A stretch of DNA of 35,350 nucleotides. Origin: Patescibacteria group bacterium. Lineage in GTDB: Bacteria; Patescibacteriota; Minisyncoccia; UBA10092. Made by a program: the position numbers and the translations under genes. The notes beneath the pieces are model-generated. The model was not told the origin of the DNA. It was given only the letters and a program-made list of their open reading frames with translations, and did no database searches. The stretch covers positions 1 through 35,350 of the forward strand of contig JAHJZO010000023.1 in the NCBI GenBank assembly GCA_018826255.1. The letters run 5' to 3'. The first letter of the stretch is position 1. Each line of letters opens with the position of its first letter. Below are positions 7,464-16,713 of this stretch, piece after piece.

Positions 7464-7493
7464 GTGGGAGATTGTGGGTAATCATGTGGATAA
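7464..7493 (+). promoter_or_regulatory. three same-orientation GTGG(G/A) repeats; candidate MraZ operator overlapping the mraZ promoter
   Basis: GTGGG at 7464, GTGGG at 7474 and GTGGA at 7486, with spacings of 10 and 12 nt, 25-55 nt upstream of the mraZ ATG. MraZ is known to bind direct TGGGN repeats at about 10-nt periodicity. Confidence 0.5.
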
Positions 7494-7517
7494 GTATATC
7501 AAACAGGGGATAACTTT

Positions 7518-7949
7518 ATGCTATTAGGAGAATTTAAGCACAATCTGGATTCCAAGAACCGACTGACAATTCCGGCTAAATTAAGGATGGAATTAGGCGA
7601 GAAGCCGGTTTTAACAAGAGGATTGGACGGATGTTTATTCGTTTATCCCAACCGTGATTGGCAGCTCTTTTCAGAAAAAATCAATAATTTACCGCTCGGG
7701 CAGAAAAAGGCCAGAGATTTCAAAAGGTTTATGCTTTCCGGCGCTTCCGAAATTGAAATTGATGAAATGGGAAGAATTTTAATTCCCGACCCGCTAAAAA
7801 AATATGCAAAGCTCGGAAAATCAATCGTGGTAATCGGAGTTCAAGACAGAATTGAGTTATGGGATGAAAACGCTTGGGACAAATACATCGCTGAATCGGA
7901 AAAGCTGTCCGGCGATATTGCTGAAGGGCTAAGCGAGTTTGGGATTTAA
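7518..7949 (+). CDS. mraZ: transcriptional regulator MraZ
   Basis: LGEFKHNLDSKNRLTIPAKLR and a second GRILIPDPLKKYA repeat give the two SpoVT/AbrB-like halves. Confidence 0.95.
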   Translation: MLLGEFKHNLDSKNRLTIPAKLRMELGEKPVLTRGLDGCLFVYPNRDWQLFSEKINNLPLGQKKARDFKRFMLSGASEIEIDEMGRILIPDPLKKYAKLGKSIVVIGVQDRIELWDENAWDKYIAESEKLSGDIAEGLSEFGI

Positions 7950-7950
7950 A

Positions 7951-8856
7951 ATGGCGCATATTCCTGTTCTTTTAGATGAAGTGATAAGTTTTTTGGCTCC
8001 GAAACCAAATCAGAATTTTGTTGACGCGACCGTTGGAGATGGCGGTCACGCCAAAGCGATTTTGAAAAAAACATCACCAAACGGAAAATTGATTGCAATT
8101 GACCGCGATATTAATTCAATAGTTAGAGCTAGAAGCAATTTGAAAGAGTTTGGAGACAGGGTTCTTTTTATAAATGATTCCTTCGGCAATCTTTTAAAGA
8201 TTACCGAAGAATTAAAAATCGGTTTTATTCATGGCATTATATTTGATTTCGGGATGTCGACCAATCAGCTGGAAAATTCGGGAAGGGGATTTTCATTTCA
8301 GAAAGATGAAATTCTAGACATGCGTTTTGATTCTAAAAATCCGCTGACGGCCGAGGATGTCGTAAATGATTATTCCGAAGAGCAACTGGTTACTCTTTTT
8401 AAGAAATTCGGCGAAGAACCGAAAGCCAAGGTGATTGCCAGGGCCATAGTTGCTTTCAGAAAAAATCAAAGAATAAAAACAACGCAAGATTTAGTGGGAA
8501 TCATAGAAAGAGTTGTAAAACGCCATGGCAAATTAAATCCCGCTACTCTAGTTTTTCAAGCCATAAGGATTGAAGTTAATCAGGAACTGGTTGAAATAGA
8601 AAAAGCTTTAGCGGCCGTTCCCGAGATTTTATCGAAAGACGGAAGAGCGGCATTCATATCGTTCCATTCATTGGAAGATCGTTTAATAAAAAATTGGTCG
8701 CGAGACTTAAATAAGAAAAATATCGTCAAAATTTTAAATAAAAAACCAATTACCGCTGTTGCCGAAGAAATAAAAATTAATCCCAAAAGCCGCAGCGCAA
8801 AGTTAAGAATAATAGTCTCCCTACGGGAGATCTCCCGAAGGGAGAAAAAAATATGA
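7951..8856 (+). CDS. rsmH: 16S rRNA (cytosine1402-N4)-methyltransferase RsmH
   Basis: MAHIPVLLDEV..DATVGDGGHA..DRD..FDFGMSTNQLE..RGFSF..FHSLEDR. Confidence 0.93.
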   Translation: MAHIPVLLDEVISFLAPKPNQNFVDATVGDGGHAKAILKKTSPNGKLIAIDRDINSIVRARSNLKEFGDRVLFINDSFGNLLKITEELKIGFIHGIIFDFGMSTNQLENSGRGFSFQKDEILDMRFDSKNPLTAEDVVNDYSEEQLVTLFKKFGEEPKAKVIARAIVAFRKNQRIKTTQDLVGIIERVVKRHGKLNPATLVFQAIRIEVNQELVEIEKALAAVPEILSKDGRAAFISFHSLEDRLIKNWSRDLNKKNIVKILNKKPITAVAEEIKINPKSRSAKLRIIVSLREISRREKKI

Positions 8857-9173
8857 CCAGGTCGTTAATGAGAATAAAAGCATTTAGAAACGTTAATATA
8901 GAAACATTGAATAAAGTGGCGGTTTTGGGCGTCATGTGTTTAGCGCTTCTTTGCTTATTTATGGCCAATAATGTGGCTTTGGCTAGTTATCAGAAAAACA
9001 TGCTTCAAAAAAATATCAACGACATAAGAACAGAAATTAGAGATCTTAATTTGAAGCTTTCAGAAAAGCGAAGCATTGGATTTTTAAAGCAGGCAGTTCA
9101 AAATTTAGGCCTTATAGTAAATGACCAAATTCAATACATCAAGGTTGTCGGTCCGGTGGCAAAAAATCAGTAG
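8853..9173 (+). CDS. FtsL-like cell-division protein (single TM plus coiled coil)
   Basis: 106 aa with one TM followed by a heptad-like helix. It sits in the conserved slot between rsmH and ftsI, with an ATGA overlap with rsmH. Confidence 0.5.
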   Translation: MTRSLMRIKAFRNVNIETLNKVAVLGVMCLALLCLFMANNVALASYQKNMLQKNINDIRTEIRDLNLKLSEKRSIGFLKQAVQNLGLIVNDQIQYIKVVGPVAKNQ

Positions 9174-9175
9174 TA

Positions 9176-10816
9176 ATGAAAAAATATAATCCAGAAAATA
9201 GAATTATAGTCTTGATTTTTGCGTTTGCTCTGTTGGGGCTCTTAATCTGGGGGCGCTTTTTTTATTTGTCCATTATTCTTCATGATCATTATACGGCTAA
9301 GGCAAAAAATATAAGCGATAATAGCGGTGTCGCTGTCCCCCGCGGCAGTATTTTTTTAACTGATAAAAATAATCTCCCTTATGCCGCCGCGTTAAATAAA
9401 GAATTTTCTTTTATTTATGCCATACCTAAAAAAGTTAACGATCCGGTAGAATTAGCAAAAAAAATAGCCCCAATTTTAGAACTGGAAGAATCGTTTTTAG
9501 TCCAAAAATTATCAAAAAAAGACGACCCTTATGAAATCATAAAAAGAAAAGTTTCCGATACAGTCGTTGATGCGATAAAAGTTCTTAAAGAACCGGCGCT
9601 TGGTGTTGATAATGAAACTCTAAGATATTATCCAGAAGGTTTAAATCTCTCTCAAGTCATAGGCTTTTTGGGATTCAATAAAAATGGTCAAGCCGGCCAA
9701 TACGGACTTGAAGAATATTACGACGAAGAACTATCGGGATTATTTTCCAGCGCAGATTTGATTTTGACTATTGATTCGGCAATACAAATTAAAGCCGGAA
9801 CATTGATAGTTGATGCCGTTAAAGCATGGAGCGCCGATAGCGGTTCCATTATAGTAATGAACCCCAAAAACGGAAATATATTGGCTATGGCTTCTTTTCC
9901 GGAATTTGACGCTAATAATTATTCTGCCGTTTCCGATAAAAATATTTTTATGAACCCAGCTACATTAAAACGTTATGAACCCGGTTCGGTTTTTAAGCCT
10001 CTTATTATGGCTATAGGCATCGAAACGGGAGCCGTCACGCCGGAAACTGAATACTACAACACGGGCAGTGTTAAAGTTGCCGATAGAACAATGTCCAATT
10101 CAATTCCTGATAAAATTTTGGGCTGGCAGACAATGACAATGGTTTTGGAGCAATCATTGAATACCGGGGCGGTTTTTGTCCAACAAAAAATACCTAAAGA
10201 TATATTTCTTAAATATTTGAAAGATTTTGGCGTTGACAGCAAAACAGGTATTGATGTTGCAGAGATGTCCGGAGATATTTCGCCGCTTTTAACCGGCCGC
10301 GATGTGAACTACGCCACCGCTTCATTCGGTCAAGGCGTAGCCGTTACTCCAATCGAATTGCTTCGGGCGTTATCAGCGGTTGCTAACGGTGGCAAATTAA
10401 TCAGACCTCATTTGGTGTCTAAAGTTGTTTTTCACGACGGCAAAACAAGTGAAACCGATGAAATTCTTCAAGCACGGATCGTGTCTCCAGAAACATCGGC
10501 GAAATTAGTTAATATGCTGGTCAAAGTTATTGAAAATGGCAGTGGCCGCCGGGCGCAAGTTAAGGGTTATACAATCGCCGGAAAAACCGGCACAGCTCAA
10601 ATACCGGACTTAAAAAATGGCGGATATCTTGATGAAAATATTCACACTTTTGTGGCTTTCGCGCCAGCTTATGACCCTAGGTTTATCGCTTTAATAAAAC
10701 TTGATTCCCCCAGAGGAAGTCAATTTTCCGAAAGCACAGTTGTTCCTGTATTTAAAAATTTGGCGGAATTTATATTCAATTACTTGGAAATTCCTCCGGA
10801 CAAACCAGTTGAATAA
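9176..10816 (+). CDS. ftsI: penicillin-binding protein 2/FtsI-type transpeptidase
   Basis: N-terminal TM with the motifs SVFK (SxxK), SLN (SxN) and KTGT. Confidence 0.85.
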   Translation: MKKYNPENRIIVLIFAFALLGLLIWGRFFYLSIILHDHYTAKAKNISDNSGVAVPRGSIFLTDKNNLPYAAALNKEFSFIYAIPKKVNDPVELAKKIAPILELEESFLVQKLSKKDDPYEIIKRKVSDTVVDAIKVLKEPALGVDNETLRYYPEGLNLSQVIGFLGFNKNGQAGQYGLEEYYDEELSGLFSSADLILTIDSAIQIKAGTLIVDAVKAWSADSGSIIVMNPKNGNILAMASFPEFDANNYSAVSDKNIFMNPATLKRYEPGSVFKPLIMAIGIETGAVTPETEYYNTGSVKVADRTMSNSIPDKILGWQTMTMVLEQSLNTGAVFVQQKIPKDIFLKYLKDFGVDSKTGIDVAEMSGDISPLLTGRDVNYATASFGQGVAVTPIELLRALSAVANGGKLIRPHLVSKVVFHDGKTSETDEILQARIVSPETSAKLVNMLVKVIENGSGRRAQVKGYTIAGKTGTAQIPDLKNGGYLDENIHTFVAFAPAYDPRFIALIKLDSPRGSQFSESTVVPVFKNLAEFIFNYLEIPPDKPVE

Positions 10817-10845
10817 CGGCCCTAAACGTTTTATACTTACAAGAT

Positions 10846-12042
10846 ATGCTTGATTCTAAAATAAAAGTCGCAGTAATTTTCGGAAGCCGTTCGGTTGAAC
10901 ACGAAGTTTCAATTGTTACGGCGATGCAAGTTTTTGAAAATATCAACCGTGAAAAATACAAGGTAATTCCGGTTTATATCGATAAATCAGGTCGCTGGTT
11001 TGTTGATGATAAATTGGAAAAAATAGAGAACTATAAAAACTTAAAATTCACCGACATTAAAGCGCCGGAATATTTTTTCGCGGCTTCAACGAGTGTTAAG
11101 TCTTTAATGCCAAAGTCCGCGCTGAAATTTTTAAATAAAATCTCTGTCGACATATATTTTCTCGCGATTCACGGCACCTTTGGAGAAGATGGTACCCTAC
11201 AGGGCGTTTTAGAAATGGCTGACGTTCCATATACTGGCAGTGGTGTGACCGGTTCGGCTGTCGGAATGGACAAAATAATCCAAAAATCTGTTTTTAATGA
11301 TGCGGGGCTTCCGGTTGTAAAATCCGTCTGGTTTTTGAAAAGCGAGTGGGAAGATAATAAGATTGATACCATAAAAAACATAGAAAAAAATTTGAATTAT
11401 CCGGTTTTTGTTAAACCTGCCAATTTGGGAAGCAGTGTTGCTATCAGCAAAGCTCATGGCGCTAAAGAATTAGAAGAAGCGATAAATGTCGCTTCTCAAT
11501 TTGATAAGCGTGTTTTAATCGAAGAAGGAAAGGAAAATATTATTGAAATTAATTGTTCTGTTTTAGGCAATGACGAATTAACCGCGTCGGTTTGCGAACA
11601 GCCCCTAAAGTCAGAAGGCATTCTTTCATACGAAGATAAGTATATGAAAGGCGGCAAAACAAAAGGAATGGCCGGTCTTTCACGACTTGTACCGGCGCCA
11701 ATCAGCGAAGAATTGGCTGAAAAAATTCAAAAGATGTCAAAAATCGCTTTCAGAGCCGTTGACGCTTCCGGTGTTGCCAGAATTGACTTTCTGGTTGACC
11801 CCGGTAGAAATGATATTTCTAACGGGGTTGACGAAAAAAGTAATAACGTTTGGGTTAATGAAATAAATACTCTGCCAGGTTCATTGGCTTTCTATTTATG
11901 GGAAAAAAGCGGTTTAAGTTTTAGCGAGTTAATCGATAAACTTATCGATTTGGGCTTTGAACGCCACAAAGAAAAGCAAAAATTAACTTTCAGTTACGAC
12001 TCCAATTTGCTTTCTAAAATGGCTACTGGAAATAAGAACTAA
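10846..12042 (+). CDS. ddl: D-alanine--D-alanine ligase
   Basis: KVAVIFGSRSVEHEVSI, HGTFGEDGTLQG, an ATP-grasp core and VNEINTLPG. At 398 aa it is longer than typical. Confidence 0.9.
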   Translation: MLDSKIKVAVIFGSRSVEHEVSIVTAMQVFENINREKYKVIPVYIDKSGRWFVDDKLEKIENYKNLKFTDIKAPEYFFAASTSVKSLMPKSALKFLNKISVDIYFLAIHGTFGEDGTLQGVLEMADVPYTGSGVTGSAVGMDKIIQKSVFNDAGLPVVKSVWFLKSEWEDNKIDTIKNIEKNLNYPVFVKPANLGSSVAISKAHGAKELEEAINVASQFDKRVLIEEGKENIIEINCSVLGNDELTASVCEQPLKSEGILSYEDKYMKGGKTKGMAGLSRLVPAPISEELAEKIQKMSKIAFRAVDASGVARIDFLVDPGRNDISNGVDEKSNNVWVNEINTLPGSLAFYLWEKSGLSFSELIDKLIDLGFERHKEKQKLTFSYDSNLLSKMATGNKN

Positions 12043-13208
12043 AAATAGTGGTCGGGGAGGTCGTTTTCTAAAAGAATGGTTGAGCCTGGGATAGTGATTT
12101 CCGAAAGTTTTTTCTTAGCCGAATCCAAATCCGGCGCCCAAAAAACATTTTTAGCAAATCCTTCCTTCAGGCCTTCTTCTAAGGCACGCTTATTTGTTTC
12201 GCCGACTATAATTACATAGTCGGCGACTTCGGCGGCGCTTCGCGCCGCATCTTTATTTAATTCAAACTGTTTTTCTCCAAGTTCAATCATTCCCGGTGTT
12301 ACCAGAATCTTTTTTTGAGCATTGGTGTTTTTTAAGGTTTCCAGCGCGAAAATAAAACCCGCCGGGTTTGAATTATAAGTATCGTCAATAATTGTAATAT
12401 CGCCGGATGCTTTTATAATTTCTTGGCGGTGTTGTATCGGTGGCGTTGTTTCTATTCTTCCCAATACTTCTTCCTCATTAAGCCCGAAAATTTTGCCGAT
12501 TTTTATAAGTAATTCTTTTTTTAAAGAAAAGAATTCAATATTTGCCAAAAATTTATAATTTTTTATTTGGGGCTCTAATTCTTTAGGCAAAAATCCAGTA
12601 CCATCTTTGGGTAACGATTCAATTAATTCCAATTTTGTTTTTAAAATACTTTCCATTGAACCGAATCTTTCAAAATGCATTGGCCCAATAGCGGTGACAA
12701 TTCCAATTTTTGGTCCGACAAGCCCGGCGATTTCTTTTATATCGCCCGGCTGATAGGCGGCCATTTCACAGATAAAAATCTCATGCTTTGATTTCAGTTG
12801 CGATATAGTTTTAGCTATTCCAAGCAACGTATTGTAGTTTCCTTCGGTTTTTAAGACCTGATGCTTTGGAGCCAAAATGTGGAAGATTTCATTTTTGACT
12901 GTGGTTTTTCCGAAAGACCCCGTAATACCGATTGATATAAGGCCTGCCATTCTTTTTATTTTTACGCTGGCCATATAAACAAGAATTTTTTTAATCAGCC
13001 CATCAACTGGCGAGAAAATTAAAACAGCTTTTCTGATGCCGAAGATTTTGGCCAATATAAAAAGCGCGCGGGCTTTCGGAGTCCAATTTAAGCGGCTTTT
13101 TTTTTCTAAAACTATTCTATCCGGATAGCGCTTTAACCATTCATCAAAACGCTTTAAATCGTATTCTTCAAGCTGAAGAAGATATAGTTGATTTTTTAGC
13201 GGCATCAT
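12039..13208 (-). CDS. murF: Mur ligase family protein, MurF-like (UDP-MurNAc-tripeptide--D-Ala-D-Ala ligase)
   Basis: GITGSFGKTTVK P-loop, DDTYNSNP, and a C-terminal Mur ligase domain. The N-terminal ~95 aa are atypical. Confidence 0.7.
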   Translation of the reverse strand: MMPLKNQLYLLQLEEYDLKRFDEWLKRYPDRIVLEKKSRLNWTPKARALFILAKIFGIRKAVLIFSPVDGLIKKILVYMASVKIKRMAGLISIGITGSFGKTTVKNEIFHILAPKHQVLKTEGNYNTLLGIAKTISQLKSKHEIFICEMAAYQPGDIKEIAGLVGPKIGIVTAIGPMHFERFGSMESILKTKLELIESLPKDGTGFLPKELEPQIKNYKFLANIEFFSLKKELLIKIGKIFGLNEEEVLGRIETTPPIQHRQEIIKASGDITIIDDTYNSNPAGFIFALETLKNTNAQKKILVTPGMIELGEKQFELNKDAARSAAEVADYVIIVGETNKRALEEGLKEGFAKNVFWAPDLDSAKKKLSEITIPGSTILLENDLPDHYF

Positions 13209-13921
13209 ATGGAAATAAATTCTTTTATTATTTTTACAAACTCATCCGGTTTTTCTAAAAATACATGATGACCTGTATTTTTTATTACAGATAATTTAGC
13301 GCTGGGAATAAGTTTGGCAATAAGTTTCCCATGTTTCAATGGCGTCTCGTTATCATTTTCGCCCCAAATTACGAGAGTCGGGGCCTCTATAAGCGGGAGC
13401 TCCGGCGCTAAATTTTCTTTTATTATTATTTTGAACGTTTCCTTTAAGTACGGATTTTCAATTCGGGCATAATCGGAAATATCTAATCCTAGAAGTTTTA
13501 AGATAAACGGATAAGTTTTTTTTGGAAGAAAGTTTTTTATTATTTTTGCCGATTTTTCTGTAATCTTGATTTTAAAATTAGGTTCGCGAATAGCCGATGC
13601 GCCAATCAAAATTAATTTTGAGATAATTTCCGGATGAAGAATCGCCAGTTTTGCCGCAATCGCGCCACCGAAAGAATGCCCCGCAATTATCGGTTTATTA
13701 ATGTTTGTATCTTTCAAAAAGTTACAAATAAAATCAGCATAATCTTTGAGAGCCATTGGTTTTTCAATGGAGGACTTGCCGAAGCCTGGGAGGTCGGGCG
13801 TGTAAATTAAAAAATCATTTTTCAGATAATGCGAAAGTAGCCTGAATACCTCGGAAGAATTATCCCAGCCGTGAAGAAAAATTATTGTTTTTTGGGGATT
13901 CATTATGTTGAATGATGACAT
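13205..13921 (-). CDS. alpha/beta-fold hydrolase
   Basis: IIFLHGW, the GHSFGG nucleophile elbow, and C-terminal D and H (GHHVF). The start is trimmed to M52 of the track ORF because the longer ORF runs across tRNA-Glu. Confidence 0.75.
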   Translation of the reverse strand: MSSFNIMNPQKTIIFLHGWDNSSEVFRLLSHYLKNDFLIYTPDLPGFGKSSIEKPMALKDYADFICNFLKDTNINKPIIAGHSFGGAIAAKLAILHPEIISKLILIGASAIREPNFKIKITEKSAKIIKNFLPKKTYPFILKLLGLDISDYARIENPYLKETFKIIIKENLAPELPLIEAPTLVIWGENDNETPLKHGKLIAKLIPSAKLSVIKNTGHHVFLEKPDEFVKIIKEFISI

Positions 13922-13945
13922 AATTTGGTCTATAGTATCAAGAAT

Positions 13946-14018
13946 GCCGCTATCGTCTAATGGCTTAGGACGTCGCGTTCTCAACGCGGGAATCGGGGTT
14001 CGATTCCCCGTAGCGGTA
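13946..14018 (+). tRNA. tRNA-Glu (anticodon CTC)
   Basis: Hand-folded: acceptor GCCGCTA/TAGCGGT (G1-U72 wobble), anticodon arm TCGCG-TTCTCAA-CGCGG, 4-nt variable loop, T arm CGGGG-TTCGATT-CCCCG. No CCA. Confidence 0.9.
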
Positions 14019-14025
14019 CTAAACC

Positions 14026-14367
14026 ATGAAAGAATTTTTGAAGAATATAGTAAATAGAATATTACTGGGGTCAAGTTTGATTTTCAATATCGGGCTTTTT
14101 TTATTTTTTCTATTTTTTATAAGGCAAAGTAATATACCCATTGTTCTCCATTACAATGTCAATTGGGGCGTTGATTATTTAGGTGAAGTCAAAAACATAT
14201 TTATTTTGCCTGTTGTCGGATTGCTTATTCTGTCGCTGAATGGTTTTTTGGCGATAAATCTTTGGGGGAAAAATAAAACATTATCTTATTTTTTTACCGT
14301 TATAACATTACTGGTTCAATTTTTTCTCGTTATAAGCGGTATTGCTTTATATATAATTAACAGGTAA
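14026..14367 (+). CDS. hypothetical membrane protein (3-4 TM)
   Basis: 113-aa hydrophobic ORF starting 8 nt after tRNA-Glu. No recognisable family. Confidence 0.45.
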   Translation: MKEFLKNIVNRILLGSSLIFNIGLFLFFLFFIRQSNIPIVLHYNVNWGVDYLGEVKNIFILPVVGLLILSLNGFLAINLWGKNKTLSYFFTVITLLVQFFLVISGIALYIINR

Positions 14368-14388
14368 TATATCCCAGCAGTTACAAAT

Positions 14389-14697
14389 ATGAAATTAGCA
14401 GTTATAAAAACAGGAGGAAAACAACATTTAGTTAAAGAGGGGGATAAGTTGAAGCTTAGCAAAATAATCGCCAATGAGGGCGATAGTATTGAATTTGATG
14501 AGGTTTTACTGGTGTCCGACAAAGAGACAAAAATCGGCGCGCCATTGGTTGAAGGAGCGAAAGTTTTGGCAGTAGTTTTGAAACAGGGACGTACCAAAAA
14601 AATTATTGTTTTTCATTACCATTCAAAAACACGCTATAGAAAAAAAGCCGGCCATCGCCAGCATTTTACGGAAGTTGAAATTTCAAAAATTATTTAA
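14389..14697 (+). CDS. rplU: 50S ribosomal protein L21
   Basis: MKLAVIKTGGKQHLVKEGD...HYHSKTRYRKKAGHRQHFTEVEI. Confidence 0.92.
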   Translation: MKLAVIKTGGKQHLVKEGDKLKLSKIIANEGDSIEFDEVLLVSDKETKIGAPLVEGAKVLAVVLKQGRTKKIIVFHYHSKTRYRKKAGHRQHFTEVEISKII

Positions 14698-15313
14698 TTT
14701 CTTTGCGCGAATCCAACGCGCCGGAGAGTGTCTGCGCGTCGGCAAATTCTACATCCGCGCCATAAGGCAACCCTCGCCCAATACGGGTTATTTTTATTTT
14801 TAGCGGCTTAAGCAATCTTTCCAAGTAATGCGCAGTTAAATCCCCCTCGTGAGTGGGGGAAAGCGCCAGAATAATCTCTTTAACGCCTTTACTGGCGTTC
14901 TTTTTGTTTTCCTCTAGCCGGCTTATCAGCTCGGGCATTTTCAGGTTTTTTGGGATTGCCGTATCCAAAGCGGAAAATAAACCGCCCAATACATGATAGA
15001 GTCCTTTGTAGTTTCCGGATTTTTCAATTGTCGCAAGATCAGTTTCTTTTTCCACAACGCAGATTGTTTTATGGTCCCGGCCGGAGTTGTCACAAAAATG
15101 GCATTTATCGTTGCCGTTGTTTTCAATAGCAAAGTAACAACGCTGGCAAGTTTTTATTTCTTTACTCAAGCCTTCCAAGGATTTCTTTAAATTTTCTCGG
15201 ATATTTTTCTCTCCATTTAAAAGCCAAAAAGCCAGTCGCGCCGCCTGACGCGGCCCGATGCCCGGCAACTTGGAAAAATTATCTATAAAATCTTTTATAG
15301 GTTTTGGATACAT
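14690..15313 (-). CDS. recR: recombination protein RecR
   Basis: LPGIGPRQAARLAF (HhH), the zinc finger CQRCYFAIENNGNDKCHFC, and a Toprim domain (ALSPTHEGDLTAHY). The start is trimmed to MYPKPI, which sits 1 nt after the dnaB stop. Confidence 0.9.
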   Translation of the reverse strand: MYPKPIKDFIDNFSKLPGIGPRQAARLAFWLLNGEKNIRENLKKSLEGLSKEIKTCQRCYFAIENNGNDKCHFCDNSGRDHKTICVVEKETDLATIEKSGNYKGLYHVLGGLFSALDTAIPKNLKMPELISRLEENKKNASKGVKEIILALSPTHEGDLTAHYLERLLKPLKIKITRIGRGLPYGADVEFADAQTLSGALDSRKEIK

Positions 15314-15314
15314 T

Positions 15315-16703
15315 TTAGTGAAGTTTATCCAGATTCTTAAAGCTGACAAAATTTTCATTGAAGTACAATTCCGATTTTCCGGTTGGGCCGTTGCGATGCT
15401 TGGCTACATGGATTTCAGCGATATTTTTTCGCTCAGTTTCACTGTTGGGTTTCGCCTTGTCTTCCCGATAAATAAACATGACCACGTCGGCATCTTGTTC
15501 AATGGAGCCCGATTCTCTTAAATCAGAAAGTTTCGGTATTTGATCGGTTCTTGCTTCTGGGGCGCGGGAAAGCTGGGAAAGCGCCAACACGGGAATATTT
15601 AGTTCTCTTGCCAAATTTTTTAACGCTCTTGAAATTTCACTGACTTCTTGCGTCCGATTTTCAAATCGCCCCGTTCCTTGCATTAGTTGCATATAGTCAA
15701 TAATTAAAAGGTCGAGGCCCTTTTCCGCCTGCAATCTTCTGGCCATGGTTCTTATTTGTAAAACATTCGGCGAAGCGGCGTCATCTATAAAAATCGGCGC
15801 TGATGATAGACGATCCAAAGCGGCTCCCATTTTGTCGAAGTCATTATCTTTACCCTCATCGGACAGTTGACCGGTTCGGAGCCGCCACAAGTCAACACTT
15901 GCTTCAGAGGCAATAAGACGTTCTACCAGCTGCTGTTTTGACATTTCCAAACTAAAAACGCCAACGGCCATTTTTTCATTAACAGCCGCGTGTCTGGCAA
16001 TATCAAGCGCTAAAGATGTTTTCCCCAAAGATGGCCGTGCCGCCAAAATTATCAAATCGGCTTTTTGCAATCCGGCCAACCGCTTGTCCAAATCAATAAA
16101 ACCGGTCGGGATTCCACGCCAAGTGTCGTCGCCCTTATGCAAGCGGTCAAATCTTTCAAATGCTTCGGTAAGATGCGGTTTGATATGCTGAAATTCTTGG
16201 ATAAGCGAAGTTTGGGAAACGCCAAAAATTTTCTTTTCAGCTTCGTCTAGAACTTCATCAATATTTTTATGTTCTTCCCAAGCCAGCGATGAGATTTCAT
16301 TTGAAGCGCTTATCAAATCGCGCAGAACTCTTTTTTGGCTGACTATTTTCGCGTAATGAACAACATTAGACGCCGTCGGCACGAAATTCATAAGAGTCGT
16401 GAGGTATGACATTCCACCGATATCTTTGAATTGTTTTTTTTCTTTAAGTTTGCTGCTGACGGTCAAAAGATCAATTGGCTCGCTTTTGGTATAAAGCTCA
16501 ACCATTGATGTAAATATCATTTCATGGATCTTGCGATAAAAATCTTTAGCGGTAATTATATCGGCGATTTTAATAATAGCGTCTCTATCTATCAAAAGAG
16601 AACCAAGAACCGATTGTTCGGCCTCAATATCTTGTGGTGGAAGCTGATTAGGGTTATACGGCAGCGATTTTTTAGTTTCTTTTGTATAAGTTTTTGCTGG
16701 CAT
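15315..16703 (-). CDS. dnaB: replicative DNA helicase DnaB
   Basis: PPQDIEAEQSVLGSLL, Walker A (ARPSLGKTS), IIDYMQLM and a RecA-like C-terminal domain. No intein. Confidence 0.95.
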   Translation of the reverse strand: MPAKTYTKETKKSLPYNPNQLPPQDIEAEQSVLGSLLIDRDAIIKIADIITAKDFYRKIHEMIFTSMVELYTKSEPIDLLTVSSKLKEKKQFKDIGGMSYLTTLMNFVPTASNVVHYAKIVSQKRVLRDLISASNEISSLAWEEHKNIDEVLDEAEKKIFGVSQTSLIQEFQHIKPHLTEAFERFDRLHKGDDTWRGIPTGFIDLDKRLAGLQKADLIILAARPSLGKTSLALDIARHAAVNEKMAVGVFSLEMSKQQLVERLIASEASVDLWRLRTGQLSDEGKDNDFDKMGAALDRLSSAPIFIDDAASPNVLQIRTMARRLQAEKGLDLLIIDYMQLMQGTGRFENRTQEVSEISRALKNLARELNIPVLALSQLSRAPEARTDQIPKLSDLRESGSIEQDADVVMFIYREDKAKPNSETERKNIAEIHVAKHRNGPTGKSELYFNENFVSFKNLDKLH

Positions 16704-16713
16704 ATTCGCAGTC

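Noticed and set aside
7406-7493. Chromosomal replication origin (oriC) at the DnaA-box pair upstream of mraZ.
   Set aside because: No dnaA or dnaN is nearby and gene orientation does not switch at this point. There are only 2-3 boxes, and the same bases are explained by MraZ-type direct repeats. It is retained as an alternative hypothesis inside the finding, not as a call.
13922-14074. N-terminal 51 codons of the track ORF 13205-14074 (alpha/beta hydrolase).
   Set aside because: This extension runs straight through the well-folded tRNA-Glu on the opposite strand. The conserved hydrolase sequence (IIFLHGW) begins just after the internal Met at 13921.
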